Shown in pieces: positions 1 to 9,789 of a stretch of 64,000 bases of DNA. Within the stretch, counting starts at the first letter, position 1. Each line of letters begins with the position of its first letter. Position numbers and translations under genes: made by a program. The notes under the pieces are model-generated. The model was given only the letters and a program-made list of their open reading frames with translations. It did no database searches and was not told the DNA's origin. Where the stretch lies: IMG/VR virus record IMGVR_UViG_3300046314_000658; one strand, written 5' to 3'. This DNA comes from a virus.

Positions 1-207
1 TTTTGTTTTAGCTGCTGCTTTATCGAAGCCAATGTTCTTGCGCCAAGCGTTTAGTGCTTCTTGTTTTTCTGGATCGGCTTGTCCGATAACAGTCGTTACA
101 CTTGGGTACCACAAGTCGTCTGCAACTTTGTACATTCGCTTGCCATAGACGTTAGTTTTCGATTCGAGCTCGATGGCCCATTCAGGATGAGAGTTGCGTG
201 GTATCAA
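1..207 (-). CDS. Partial (runs off window) phage exonuclease, probably PD-(D/E)XK/RecB-like
   Basis: Manual translation gives ...KRMYKVADDLWYPSVTTVIG...EALNAWRKNIG, matching the YPSVTT..WRxxxG N-terminus of T4-superfamily exonucleases. The start (TTG 207) is uncertain. Confidence 0.6.
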   Translation of the reverse strand, partial: MIPRNSHPEWAIELESKTNVYGKRMYKVADDLWYPSVTTVIGQADPEKQEALNAWRKNIGFDKAAAKTK

Positions 208-265
208 AATAGGTAAAGGGAACTAATGCTCCCTTATCTATGTTTGGTAAAAAGGGGGCAACTAC

Positions 266-553
266 TCACCACCCCTTGTCTATGATTACCCTAGGCATTG
301 CATCCTCTTCGACACCATCTTTCATTAGTTTAGCAAGACGAGGTTTAAATAGAGATTGATTTCCTTTTGTGGTATACAGGATTGGCTGGCCGTGTGTGTC
401 TTTACCAAATCCTGTCACAGTTGCTTTACGATTCTTGAATTTTCCAATTCGGATTTCGTCTCCTACTTCAATAGCAGGTAGTTCTAGCCGTGGTTGTTCA
501 GCAGCTTCACATAGATAATCCAAGAATTTGCCCACTCTACAACCTCTTATCAA
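266..553 (-). CDS. Small hypothetical protein with KOW/SH3-like segment, probable virion protein
   Basis: ORF with EVGDEIRIGKFKNRKATVTGFG; likely true start is the GTG of (M)GKFLDYLCEA. Confidence 0.6.
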   Translation of the reverse strand: MIRGCRVGKFLDYLCEAAEQPRLELPAIEVGDEIRIGKFKNRKATVTGFGKDTHGQPILYTTKGNQSLFKPRLAKLMKDGVEEDAMPRVIIDKGW

Positions 554-1787
554 TGTAGTTTTTAGCAGCTAGTAGTGTACCAAAACGATTAACAGTTGCG
601 CCCACGATGGCCCATTGTTTTGGGCCTTCTTGGCGTACAGTGTACTGCTTGTATTTGATAGATTTGTACTCAGGCGATGTTGATTGTTCGTTGACAGCTT
701 TACTGAAATTTCTCCAGTCGGATCTGATATGAGAACCTGGGAATTTAATCATTGTAACTTCCAACATTTCAAACCCACGGTCAACACTTAGGACTTTACA
801 TTTCTCACCCTTGTACTTACTATCAGCAGTAATAGTAACAGTATCACCTTTTCTGAACGGAGAAGCTGCTTCTGTTACACCTCGTAAATCTTTTGCGCAC
901 ATCCCACGCATTAGTACATTACCGTTTGGCAGCTTAATCGGTTGACCGAGCATTGTTGGACGATAGTCCGCGTGGCCACCAGCGTGACGAAGTACCGTGT
1001 TAGTTTTTGGATCGACTTCATACCAGTCATCATCATTGAAGTGACCGGTGTATGCTTCGTTAACTGCTTTAGACGCATATTTTACATTCTGCGCTGCGCG
1101 TGCTCGTTTATTAGCAGTGTCAGCAATGCTTTTCATCTGATCCAAGATTGGATCCTTAACTGGTGCGGTCAGCTTTTTAACACTACGCTTGATTGTATCA
1201 CTAAGACCTTCCACCACAGTTGGTTCATTGAATGATTCAGATACTGCTGAACGCGATTGTGCAGCTTCCCAACCCAAGTTCCATTCGCGATTGTCGTCAC
1301 TACCAGCTGGGTGTGGATTTTTAACAACATCAGCGAGAAATGCATCGTACCCGGCAGCGTAAGCAGTGCTGTTTTTACTTTCTTTGACGCTTGCGTGCTT
1401 CTTTTTGATTTCGAAGTGATTCACGAACTTGCCATTCACAGTGTAATGATCGCCTGCTTTTGAGACGCTTGTGATTTTACCTTTGCCTCGGCCACCTTCT
1501 TGTGGCGGATCCATTTCGTACGACACGTCGTCACCAACTTTATATTTGTGCGTTAGTGCTTGTCCCATTACTTTACCAGCAATTTTGTTGAGTATACCTT
1601 CTGTCAACGAGCCTTTGCTAGTTGGAGCATTGAAACGACCTTTGTGAGACGTTTTATCCCAAGCGTGGTACGTACCAGTCTTGTTATCTTTTGTAACAGT
1701 GTAGCCAAGTTTTTTAGCAGCGGTTTCCCATTCGGCAAGTTTGGAGTAAGCGCTTTCATTGAGTGCGATGATAGATGTTAGTTTCAC
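537..1787 (-). CDS. Modular putative internal head protein (KOW/SH3-like and Rmf-like modules)
   Basis: 416-aa ORF; N-terminus MKLTSIIALNES; modules separated by recurring [LV]x(x)E-[SAGQ] motifs. Confidence 0.65.
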   Translation of the reverse strand: MKLTSIIALNESAYSKLAEWETAAKKLGYTVTKDNKTGTYHAWDKTSHKGRFNAPTSKGSLTEGILNKIAGKVMGQALTHKYKVGDDVSYEMDPPQEGGRGKGKITSVSKAGDHYTVNGKFVNHFEIKKKHASVKESKNSTAYAAGYDAFLADVVKNPHPAGSDDNREWNLGWEAAQSRSAVSESFNEPTVVEGLSDTIKRSVKKLTAPVKDPILDQMKSIADTANKRARAAQNVKYASKAVNEAYTGHFNDDDWYEVDPKTNTVLRHAGGHADYRPTMLGQPIKLPNGNVLMRGMCAKDLRGVTEAASPFRKGDTVTITADSKYKGEKCKVLSVDRGFEMLEVTMIKFPGSHIRSDWRNFSKAVNEQSTSPEYKSIKYKQYTVRQEGPKQWAIVGATVNRFGTLLAAKNYIDKRL

Positions 1788-2713
1788 TGTGCGTGTCCTT
1801 TTGATGTACGATATTTAGCCAAGCGTTGAACAAGTCGTTCATTTTTCTTGCGCTCTTTTTCTTCTTCTTCAAATTCTTCCATGTCTGCAACTTCTTGCTC
1901 GCGACTGATCTCAGCATCTTGTTTTTGAGTTTCAATGTCTTGTAACTCGGTTTCAGCTTTTGCTTTTGCAACATCAGCATTCGCAGTACGAACGCCAGTT
2001 TCAGATTTTAGTAGGTCGATCACCTGTTGCAATAACTGAACTGTGCTTTGCTGCATATCTGGAGATGTCTCATCTTCACTACCAAGTTCACCACCTTCTT
2101 CGCCATCAAGGTCCAGTTCATTATCACCAGCATCTTCCTCACCGTCAAGCGCGAGATCGTCTTCACCACCTTCTTCACTCTCTGGTTCCTCATCCTCTGT
2201 AATTGCTTCATCCCATTCAACGTCGACGATATCGTAGTCCTGCTTTAGCATGTACAGCACTTCTGCGATTTCTTTTGGATTGTCTGCATCACTCAAGATA
2301 GCATTGAGACGAGTTTCAAAATCTTCCGCTTGATCGCGCTTAACGGTGACCTTGATCACTTTACCGTCACCATCTTGCAAACCAAAAGTAGATGTTTGTG
2401 TTTTATCATCAACCTGTGCACGCTTGGTAGCGTTTGACACCTTATCATTTACATCAGCAACGATCTTCGCATTTTTATCTGCACTGAGGCCATTCCCTCC
2501 GTTAGAGCCCACTGCTCCATCGAATTCAAATAGGATGGCTGTACTCACATCAAAAGTTGAGATTACACTTTCGCTAATCTTCAACTTTTGCACTTTATTC
2601 TTTAGTATCGGACGTCGTTTAATAGAACCAGAGTGCGTAAATGGGTTACCAGCAATCGATGCTGCCCCTATCGAGCCAGCGGCTGCGTCTTCTAAAATGG
2701 TAGAGAGTTTCAT
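1784..2713 (-). CDS. Acidic, coiled-coil putative head/core protein
   Basis: 309-aa ORF with a long D/E-rich tract and C-terminal coiled coil; TAAATA box at 2736-2741. Confidence 0.6.
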   Translation of the reverse strand: MKLSTILEDAAAGSIGAASIAGNPFTHSGSIKRRPILKNKVQKLKISESVISTFDVSTAILFEFDGAVGSNGGNGLSADKNAKIVADVNDKVSNATKRAQVDDKTQTSTFGLQDGDGKVIKVTVKRDQAEDFETRLNAILSDADNPKEIAEVLYMLKQDYDIVDVEWDEAITEDEEPESEEGGEDDLALDGEEDAGDNELDLDGEEGGELGSEDETSPDMQQSTVQLLQQVIDLLKSETGVRTANADVAKAKAETELQDIETQKQDAEISREQEVADMEEFEEEEKERKKNERLVQRLAKYRTSKGHAQ

Positions 2714-2734
2714 AATATGTTGTGGCAGTATTGA

Positions 2735-4144
2735 TTATTTATCACCGAGGTAGCTCTTGTATAAGATTTCTACAGCTTGTTGAGTAGTTCTCGTGGATTG
2801 TATTGCTTTTTCATTGCTACGAATGTCTGTAATGATATCAGCAAACAGCGACAACGTACGGCGAGTAATCTCAGGAGAGTACTTAAATTTGCGCCCCGTT
2901 GCTGAATCCATTTCAATTTTGTCGACCCGCTGCATAAATGTATCTTTTGCTTGGATCAGCGATTGTTCAGCAGTTTTTAGTGCTTGAATGAGTTGCGGAC
3001 GAACTTTATTAATATCAACAGACCAGTCACCTTCACGAGAAGCAAGGAATGCACGGATTGTGCGAGGCGTTTTCAATTTCGGCTCTTGCAGGATTACAGA
3101 CAAATCCTCTAGCAAATCACCGTAGATAGAGCCACTACGTGTTTCAGCAACTTTTAACATTCCCTCAACGGGACGAGGTACAGTAGCTTTGATTTGATTG
3201 CGAATAGCAAAGTTGAATTGATTGAAAGCGGAGAACACATCCTTATCAACAATCTTGATTTGACGGTTTGTTTTTGGATCGAACATAACGACGCCCTCGA
3301 TACCCGGATCATGCTCAGCATCAACATCACTCACGTCACGCAAACTCGGTACCAGCGTACGGACAAACTGTTTGAGCAATTTCTCTTTAATTGGTAGTTT
3401 GAAATCGGTTAATAACTTCTCTGCAACTTGCTTGCGAAGTGCAACCATCTCCCGAGTCTTGGAGGTTGAACGAGTAATATCAGCAATTGACATCGCCCCC
3501 TGCGACGTCTCCACCTGCTGACTGATGTACAGCTTCAATTGCTCCAACTCATCCTCAAAATCAATCTGTTTTAACTTCTGTGCATCTATTTGTTGTGGAG
3601 TGGTGAAACGCCAAGTAATCATTGTTGGCTTCTTGATCAAATCTACCCCATTTTCAGTTGTAATCTCGACCGTCTCTACCTGTACTGGTGCTAGTTTCAA
3701 TGATTGAAGTTTTTTGATGATTTGTGGAGATTGTTCGCTGATAGCGCGAAGAAATGCGATTGCTGAACTACCATAAATGATAGCATTTGGTTGTCGACCA
3801 TAAAGAACCTCACACTCAACTAATATATTAGCAGGAACCACTCTTGCTAGACTAGCCTCAACCTGTTGTAGTGCTTGATGAGCAGATTTAAACCCAACAT
3901 ACGCAGGGGAGTCTCCCCACTGAGCTGGATCGTATACAGGCGTATCATTCCCTTTTTGCTGTCGGTTGGTATACAACTTACCGTGCTCGTCAATTCCGAA
4001 AGTTAGTGCAGATCCATCTAATTTTTCTGTTGCTGCATACCGAGTAAGGTTGGTAATTGTATCGACGAACTCATCTATCGACAGATCTTCGATGTGTTCA
4101 ATCCCTTCTTTTAGGGATTGTTTTAAATATTCACTAAATCGCAT
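2735..4144 (-). CDS. RNA/DNA ligase-like nucleotidyltransferase
   Basis: TEKLDG (motif I, KxDG), ECEVLY (III), IEGVV (IV), KIVDK (V). Probable start is MRFSEYLK at 4144. Confidence 0.65.
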   Translation of the reverse strand: MRFSEYLKQSLKEGIEHIEDLSIDEFVDTITNLTRYAATEKLDGSALTFGIDEHGKLYTNRQQKGNDTPVYDPAQWGDSPAYVGFKSAHQALQQVEASLARVVPANILVECEVLYGRQPNAIIYGSSAIAFLRAISEQSPQIIKKLQSLKLAPVQVETVEITTENGVDLIKKPTMITWRFTTPQQIDAQKLKQIDFEDELEQLKLYISQQVETSQGAMSIADITRSTSKTREMVALRKQVAEKLLTDFKLPIKEKLLKQFVRTLVPSLRDVSDVDAEHDPGIEGVVMFDPKTNRQIKIVDKDVFSAFNQFNFAIRNQIKATVPRPVEGMLKVAETRSGSIYGDLLEDLSVILQEPKLKTPRTIRAFLASREGDWSVDINKVRPQLIQALKTAEQSLIQAKDTFMQRVDKIEMDSATGRKFKYSPEITRRTLSLFADIITDIRSNEKAIQSTRTTQQAVEILYKSYLGDK

Positions 4145-4167
4145 ACGCACCTTCAACAAAAGTGTAT

Positions 4168-5478
4168 TTAGGTTAAACCAAGTAGATCCATCATCGATGC
4201 TTTCACAGGTGTGGCATCTCTTTGTGGTCTATCAAATGCGCCTTTTTCTTGTGGATTGAAAATCCTCAAGGATTTCGCATCCCAGCCAACATTGACGATA
4301 CTACCAACACCACCCGAACTTCGGGTTTTCAGAAACTGAAAACCGATTTGACCAGCAGCACGCATCGCATCTGTTAAGTGAATGGCAAGTGTCCAGTCAC
4401 TAGAACGAATCTTTTCTGCACCACCAGCTTGGTGACTTTGATCATACACTTCAACAGATGCAGCTGCTTTCGTCAGCTGGCTTGCAGTCAGTCCAATCAT
4501 ATCATATTCACCAAGCAAGTCGTAAAACTCTTCTGTAATGAACTTGTCGCGTGTACCGATGTTCTCCGAAGACACTTTTTGGATTGGATACAGTTTGTCG
4601 AGATAGTCGAGGACGATGATGTCTGGTATCCAACCTTTTTGAATTTCAATTTCCTTGATTAGTGCACGGATATCATTTGCAGTAGAACCAAGCCGAATCT
4701 TCTTGATGACCATTTCTCCAGAGACGCCAACCAATCCATTGACAGCGGCTTGACCGAGTTCAGGATGACGACTAAGTTCTACTGAACTTTTCTTCGATAC
4801 AATCATCTGCGCGCGCTTATCAATCATTGGCTCATTCAATTCCAGTGACACATACAGGCAGTTGAGAAACTTACCGTTTAACCCCCGTTGTTTCATCATA
4901 TTGAGAGCGAAGTTGAGAATCGATACGGATTTACCACCACCAGAAATAGCGAGCACAAGCAGCATTTCACCACGTGCCACACCACCATCCATTTTTTTAT
5001 CAATCTCCGGATAACCGAGTGAATAACGGATAGCATTTTCCTGCACCTCTTGACGAGATTCGATGTCTTGCAAGAATGAGATGCCGATGTTGCTATCTAC
5101 CTTAATCGAGATCGCACTTCGAACCAAGTGTTCCAACTGGTCATACTGCTCCGACATAATCAATGTTGGAGATTGCTCTAAAATTATGTTGCGTAAAGCA
5201 CTCTGACGACAAAAAGTTTGGATTTGGTCTTGTGTGTACTTAACCTCATCCCCTAGCAGTGCTTTCACTTTTTTGAGTTTAAGCTTTGTATCAGATTCAA
5301 TGATATCAATCGACGGGATTCCGTTATATTTCTCGTGATACTCTTTGATGAAGGTAACAGCTTTGCGAAATTCTGGATCAAAGTATTCTGGTTGAATGAT
5401 TGGCAAAGTTTTGGTGAATAGCTTAGCATCTGCTACCCACAATGAGATTAGCATTTCTTGTTGTTTATTGTCAAGCAT
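4168..5478 (-). CDS. DnaB-like replicative helicase (T4 gp41-like)
   Basis: Walker A AISGGGKS, YVSLE, Walker B IIVLDYLD, TASQL, KTRSS. Confidence 0.9.
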   Translation of the reverse strand: MLDNKQQEMLISLWVADAKLFTKTLPIIQPEYFDPEFRKAVTFIKEYHEKYNGIPSIDIIESDTKLKLKKVKALLGDEVKYTQDQIQTFCRQSALRNIILEQSPTLIMSEQYDQLEHLVRSAISIKVDSNIGISFLQDIESRQEVQENAIRYSLGYPEIDKKMDGGVARGEMLLVLAISGGGKSVSILNFALNMMKQRGLNGKFLNCLYVSLELNEPMIDKRAQMIVSKKSSVELSRHPELGQAAVNGLVGVSGEMVIKKIRLGSTANDIRALIKEIEIQKGWIPDIIVLDYLDKLYPIQKVSSENIGTRDKFITEEFYDLLGEYDMIGLTASQLTKAAASVEVYDQSHQAGGAEKIRSSDWTLAIHLTDAMRAAGQIGFQFLKTRSSGGVGSIVNVGWDAKSLRIFNPQEKGAFDRPQRDATPVKASMMDLLGLT

Positions 5479-6423
5479 TTAGTATATTACGAATGGTTTT
5501 CGAAGTTCTTCTACAATAGTAGAGTTTGCAACAACCAGTTGGTTGTTGTCAACAACGAGGTCCCCTAAACGAATAGTCGAATTGCGAATAATGCGATCTT
5601 GCACAACGTCTGCTGCAGCTGACTTGTCTGAGGTAGCTAGCGGCAACACAACCGTTGGTAGCGTCGACCCTGTTAATAACAGCGAATTGCCTTTTTGCAA
5701 TAGGTACGTCGGAATCACAGCTGAGTACAGGAAATATGGTTTCTCCAGTGCAATCACCTTATAGTGTGTCCACAGTGTACCCCCAATCGGCACATTAGAT
5801 GTAGTCCATCCTGTGGATTGAAAGTGGTTAATGAAGTCTAATTGTGTATACAACGTATCAAGCGATGTTAGTGATTTATAAGACAATGTTGCTGTAAAGG
5901 ACGATGCTTCAATGTCAGCAGCAATTGTCAAAATATTTGACGTTAGTAAGCTCGGTGCTGTCCACGACGTAGACGGTACCACAAGTGTGGGTGGATTAAA
6001 CTGATTATCAGTAACAACTGCAACACCTGTTTGTGGAGTTAGAAGATCGATTATAACAGTATCAGCTGTTTGAGATACAACGGTAAAAGCAGTGGTTTTA
6101 ACACGACTGATTCCACCGCTTGTGTTGGCCTCTACAAAAATCTCAACAATCAGCGAACCAATGTGGCCAAAATTGTGAGTAAGCACAATTGTTCGAACAG
6201 AAGTGAATGAGGTTTTATAGACCTTAGGTGTTTGTCGCCAGGTGATATGACTGCGTGCCGTAACATCAGCATTCGGATCAACAGACAGTACTCCAACGCA
6301 CCCTGGTGTAAGCGTGCAACGATTGAAGAATGTAATAGCTCCAGGAACAACGGATCTGTAATCCGCCTTTGCACATATACTACACTTAAAAATCTTTTTT
6401 ATGTTTGCGCGCTTGTTACTCAT
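5479..6423 (-). CDS. Hypothetical protein (N-terminal Cys cluster, beta-rich), possibly structural
   Basis: 314-aa ORF abutting its neighbours; CSIC...CTLTPGC. Confidence 0.6.
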   Translation of the reverse strand: MSNKRANIKKIFKCSICAKADYRSVVPGAITFFNRCTLTPGCVGVLSVDPNADVTARSHITWRQTPKVYKTSFTSVRTIVLTHNFGHIGSLIVEIFVEANTSGGISRVKTTAFTVVSQTADTVIIDLLTPQTGVAVVTDNQFNPPTLVVPSTSWTAPSLLTSNILTIAADIEASSFTATLSYKSLTSLDTLYTQLDFINHFQSTGWTTSNVPIGGTLWTHYKVIALEKPYFLYSAVIPTYLLQKGNSLLLTGSTLPTVVLPLATSDKSAAADVVQDRIIRNSTIRLGDLVVDNNQLVVANSTIVEELRKPFVIY

Positions 6424-6905
6424 TGCAGTTCTTTCAATAGGTCACCAAATCGAGGGTATGCGGCGGTGCGTATCGCAACATACTTCTGCACCCCAAATAT
6501 GTGAACTGGAATCTTTTTCTCCGCCACATATTTTATATCAACCACTTGACTAAATCGATCTGTAATAATTTGCTCAAGTAGTAGTGGTTGAAGTGCGTTT
6601 GCAACAACATCACCACGCTCAAATACCATAGGTCGCCAATCAAACTTATTGAATGGTAGAACATATACACTAGATTGTGACTGCACCCAATCAATCTCAA
6701 TTGATCGAGCCAGAACATCCTTTATTCCAACAATTTTCTCGATGATAACCTCTGTCGGAGAATGAATGTAATCACGATGACGGACCTTGACTACTGACAT
6801 TACTTTTGCACAAGGTGGACGGCTTTTGATTAAGCAAGTGCCTTCGCCAATTACTTGGCTACAGTGTTGTTTGATGAATTCGCGCTGAGTAGTAGTTAGA
6901 TACAC
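6420..6905 (-). CDS. Hypothetical protein
   Basis: 161-aa ORF with upstream TAAATA (6930-6935) and a 4-nt overlap with the next gene. Confidence 0.6.
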   Translation of the reverse strand: MYLTTTQREFIKQHCSQVIGEGTCLIKSRPPCAKVMSVVKVRHRDYIHSPTEVIIEKIVGIKDVLARSIEIDWVQSQSSVYVLPFNKFDWRPMVFERGDVVANALQPLLLEQIITDRFSQVVDIKYVAEKKIPVHIFGVQKYVAIRTAAYPRFGDLLKELQ

Positions 6906-6929
6906 TATGTGTTAACGTGATGCGTGAAC

Positions 6930-6947
6930 TATTTAGTCACATAAATA
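6930..6947. promoter_or_regulatory. Back-to-back divergent late promoters (TAAATA)
   Basis: TATTTA at 6930-6935 (minus) and TAAATA at 6942-6947 (plus), each 24 nt from a start codon; matches the core of the T4 gp55 box TATAAATA. Confidence 0.75.
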
Positions 6948-6971
6948 ACGCATACACTATTTTATGACACT

Positions 6972-7925
6972 ATGAAATTCTCACAATATTTATCTGAAGG
7001 CATTCGAGCAGCAGATTTCGAAAAGGCTGTTGGCACGATTGTTCAATATCTGCAAAAACAACTGGGTACAATGTATCGGTATCCACAGATTGAGCACTAC
7101 AGTGGTTCACAGGGTCAAGGGATTGGGTTGCGATATTTTCTGCAAGATGGCACTAGCTTGCGTTTCAATTGGACTTCAACGTCTGCATCTTCCAAGCTAG
7201 ATTCGATCTCAATTTGGGATGGTTCGTCTCGTCACCCTAATTTCCAGATTCGTGGTATTGGGGATGTGCCACTTGGTCAACTGTCACTCGCAAAGATCCT
7301 CCCAACACTTGCTCAAACTATCAAAAATCCAAAAGTTGGTGAAGTTGAGTTGTCTACACAAGAGTCAATCAGCGTACTGGCTGATTTGGATACCCAACTA
7401 TCCGAGAGCGTGTTGAACGAAGATGCATTCGATGATGTCGTCGGGGCGCTTGAACAAGGTGCTGTATCTGGCTACACATTCTCAAAGATGGGCCGTAACC
7501 AAGAGCGTATCTTCAAAGAGATTCTAGCTGCTCATAAAGACGAGTTTGAAACCAAGGTCGATGGTGCTGGACGTCAACGGTACACATTCACAGGCGAGCT
7601 CGGCGAAATTAGCCGGGATGATATCGTGGGCAATGTAGTTGGCAACCAACAAAAGAGTGGTCGTCTTGGACTATCCGTTTCAGTCGGCGGTAACGAGAGC
7701 ACAACAACAGATGGTGAAGATGCTGCAGCAAAGCAGTTCCCAGGTGCGCCAGCTCGGGTACCGTACGAAGAGCAGTTGGATGATATGAAGTCAATCATCA
7801 ATGCTGTTGTGAAAGGTGCGAGTAACTTCTCTGTGATATTAGGAGCTGGTGGACTTGGTAAATGTGCAAGTTCTGCGGTGTTATTGAATGGATCATTTAA
7901 AAACTGGGAAAAATCCCTCGCCTAA
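6972..7925 (+). CDS. AAA ATPase N-terminal fragment plus 20-aa split-intein IntN
   Basis: Ends ILGAGGLGK|CASSAVLLNGSFKNWEKSLA*; Walker A is cut before its Thr and followed by Cys1 (TGT 7863). Confidence 0.85.
   Translation: MKFSQYLSEGIRAADFEKAVGTIVQYLQKQLGTMYRYPQIEHYSGSQGQGIGLRYFLQDGTSLRFNWTSTSASSKLDSISIWDGSSRHPNFQIRGIGDVPLGQLSLAKILPTLAQTIKNPKVGEVELSTQESISVLADLDTQLSESVLNEDAFDDVVGALEQGAVSGYTFSKMGRNQERIFKEILAAHKDEFETKVDGAGRQRYTFTGELGEISRDDIVGNVVGNQQKSGRLGLSVSVGGNESTTTDGEDAAAKQFPGAPARVPYEEQLDDMKSIINAVVKGASNFSVILGAGGLGKCASSAVLLNGSFKNWEKSLA
7863..7922 (+). other. Split intein N-fragment (atypical, 20 aa)
   Basis: Cys1 directly follows the GK of Walker A; only block A is present. Confidence 0.8.
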
Positions 7926-8005
7926 AATACTTGCAGCCATTATCCATAAATAGTACTATTAATATACAGCAGCTAGTTCGCTGCATATATTTTTAGGGAC
8001 TAACA

Positions 8006-9322
8006 ATGAATGTTACCAACACCAAGCGCAAGAGCAAACACGAGCAACACACTACCGTCATACAGACGATCAACACTCCCGATCAGTTACTCGAATACGC
8101 ATTTGCAAAAGAGTTTCTCAATAGGGGAGATTGGAAGGGTTGGCACCCAGATGTAAAACAGCGTGCATTGCAGCTACTTGAGCTACCAGAGTGTAGTATT
8201 ACGAATTTTAATCTCAAAGTTCGGTTTGATGTACTAAATCCGAATCGCACTGCAAAACCAAATAACGTCGAACATTGGATCAATCGAGGTTGGACCGAAG
8301 CAGATGCAATGCTGCACATCAAAGCTATGCAAAAAGCTCGCAACAATAAAAAACAAGAAATGTTAACCCCCGAATACTGGGTACGAACTGGGTTGACTCT
8401 ACAGGAGGCGCAACAGAAAGCTGATGATTGTAGATTCGGTAATACAGCCAGGCGACCAGAATATTGGATTAAACAAGGTATGTCTGTAGACGAAGCAAAG
8501 ACGAAAGTATCTCAACACCAAAGCGCACACTCTCCTAAAACAGTTGGATATTGGACTGCGCAAGGGTTAACAGATGAACAAGCTACTAATAAAGTGTCAG
8601 AAGTGCAAACCAGTGCAGCAGCAATTGCAAAGCAGAAATGGAAGGATGGATTAATCGACAAAGCCACTCGTAACACCAATCTTGAATATTGGATCAAGAA
8701 AGCAAATGGTGATAAATTGCGAGCAAGAAAGTTGCTACGAGAGCGGCAGAGTACGTTTTCATTAGAAAAGTGTATAGCTACGCATGGAGAATTGAGGGGG
8801 ACCCAAATGTGGGAACAACGACAAGAGAAATGGCAGACTACGATGCAGTCAAAGCCCCCCGAGGAGTTGTTGCGGATATCTAGAGCAAAGCAGGTGCGTG
8901 GGAATGGGTTGCGATATGGTGTGGTATCACAACAGCTGTTCTGGGAGGTATTTAATATCACCCAACCTCTGGGGTATGCTATTTATTTTGCTGAACTTGA
9001 TCAAAAAACGAAAGTAAAAGCCATTCAAGGTAATCATGAATTTGTAATGTTCTGCGATGATGTGGTATATCGTCCGGATTTTTACATACCAGACATTGGC
9101 GTGTGGGTAGAGTTTGATGAGAAACATCACTGGGGGTGTACAGCAGCAAAAGCAAGCGACGTAATTAGAGAGACTAATATTAAACGAGTATTGAAAGATG
9201 TCACATTCATTCGCATCAAAGAAACAGAATTTGCAGACAATCCAGAAGATTGTGTGACGAAAATAGTTGATGTGATCTTAGCAAAACATCTCCAATACGA
9301 AGCAGCTCTCCAACAAGACTAA
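8006..9322 (+). mobile_element. Free-standing homing endonuclease (helical YW..G...EA repeats plus Vsr/PD-(D/E)XK-like domain)
   Basis: Repeats HWINRGWTEADA, YWVRTGLTLQEA, YWIKQGMSVDEA, YWTAQGLTDEQA; C-terminal YRPDFYI...VEFDEKHH. Lies between the intein halves. Confidence 0.8.
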
Positions 9323-9351
9323 ATACACGATACTACACTTCTACTACCACT

Positions 9352-9789
9352 ATGGATACTACTGCATTGAAACTTGAGACCAAATCGTTTGGTGAACTGG
9401 CCGACCTAATTAAGCAACATCTCAATATTACAGAGTTAGAACTGAATAGACTATACGACATTCGCAAGTTCGAGTGGACTGTTCAGGATCATAACGATAC
9501 TCCTATTCCAATTATTGGACTAATTCGCAAGCATAGTAAAGCAATTGCTTTTGAATTCAGCGATGGTAGTGAAATTATTACTTCCACCCACCACCTATTT
9601 GCCACTGACGATAGGTGCGATGTTACATTTGCTGCAGAGCTAGCGGTTGGTGATAGTATTACCAAAATTAGTGGTGAAAAAGTTACAGTAGTATCAGCAA
9701 CTGCGCTACCAGAGCAAGATGTGTACGACATCCAAGTTAAGTCTCACAAGATGTTGTATCGCGATGCAGCTGGTTTTGTGCACCACAAT
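9352..9789 (+). other. Split intein C-fragment (long, 146 aa; +1 Thr)
   Basis: HHN codons at 9781-9789; Thr codon ACT at 9790. Confidence 0.85.

Noticed and set aside
7926-9351. Group I introns instead of split inteins at the ATPase and nrdB loci
   Set aside because: The non-coding flanks are very short (80 and 29 nt here; 46 nt and an overlap at nrdB), I see no group I core, and the downstream halves have their own promoter or SD.
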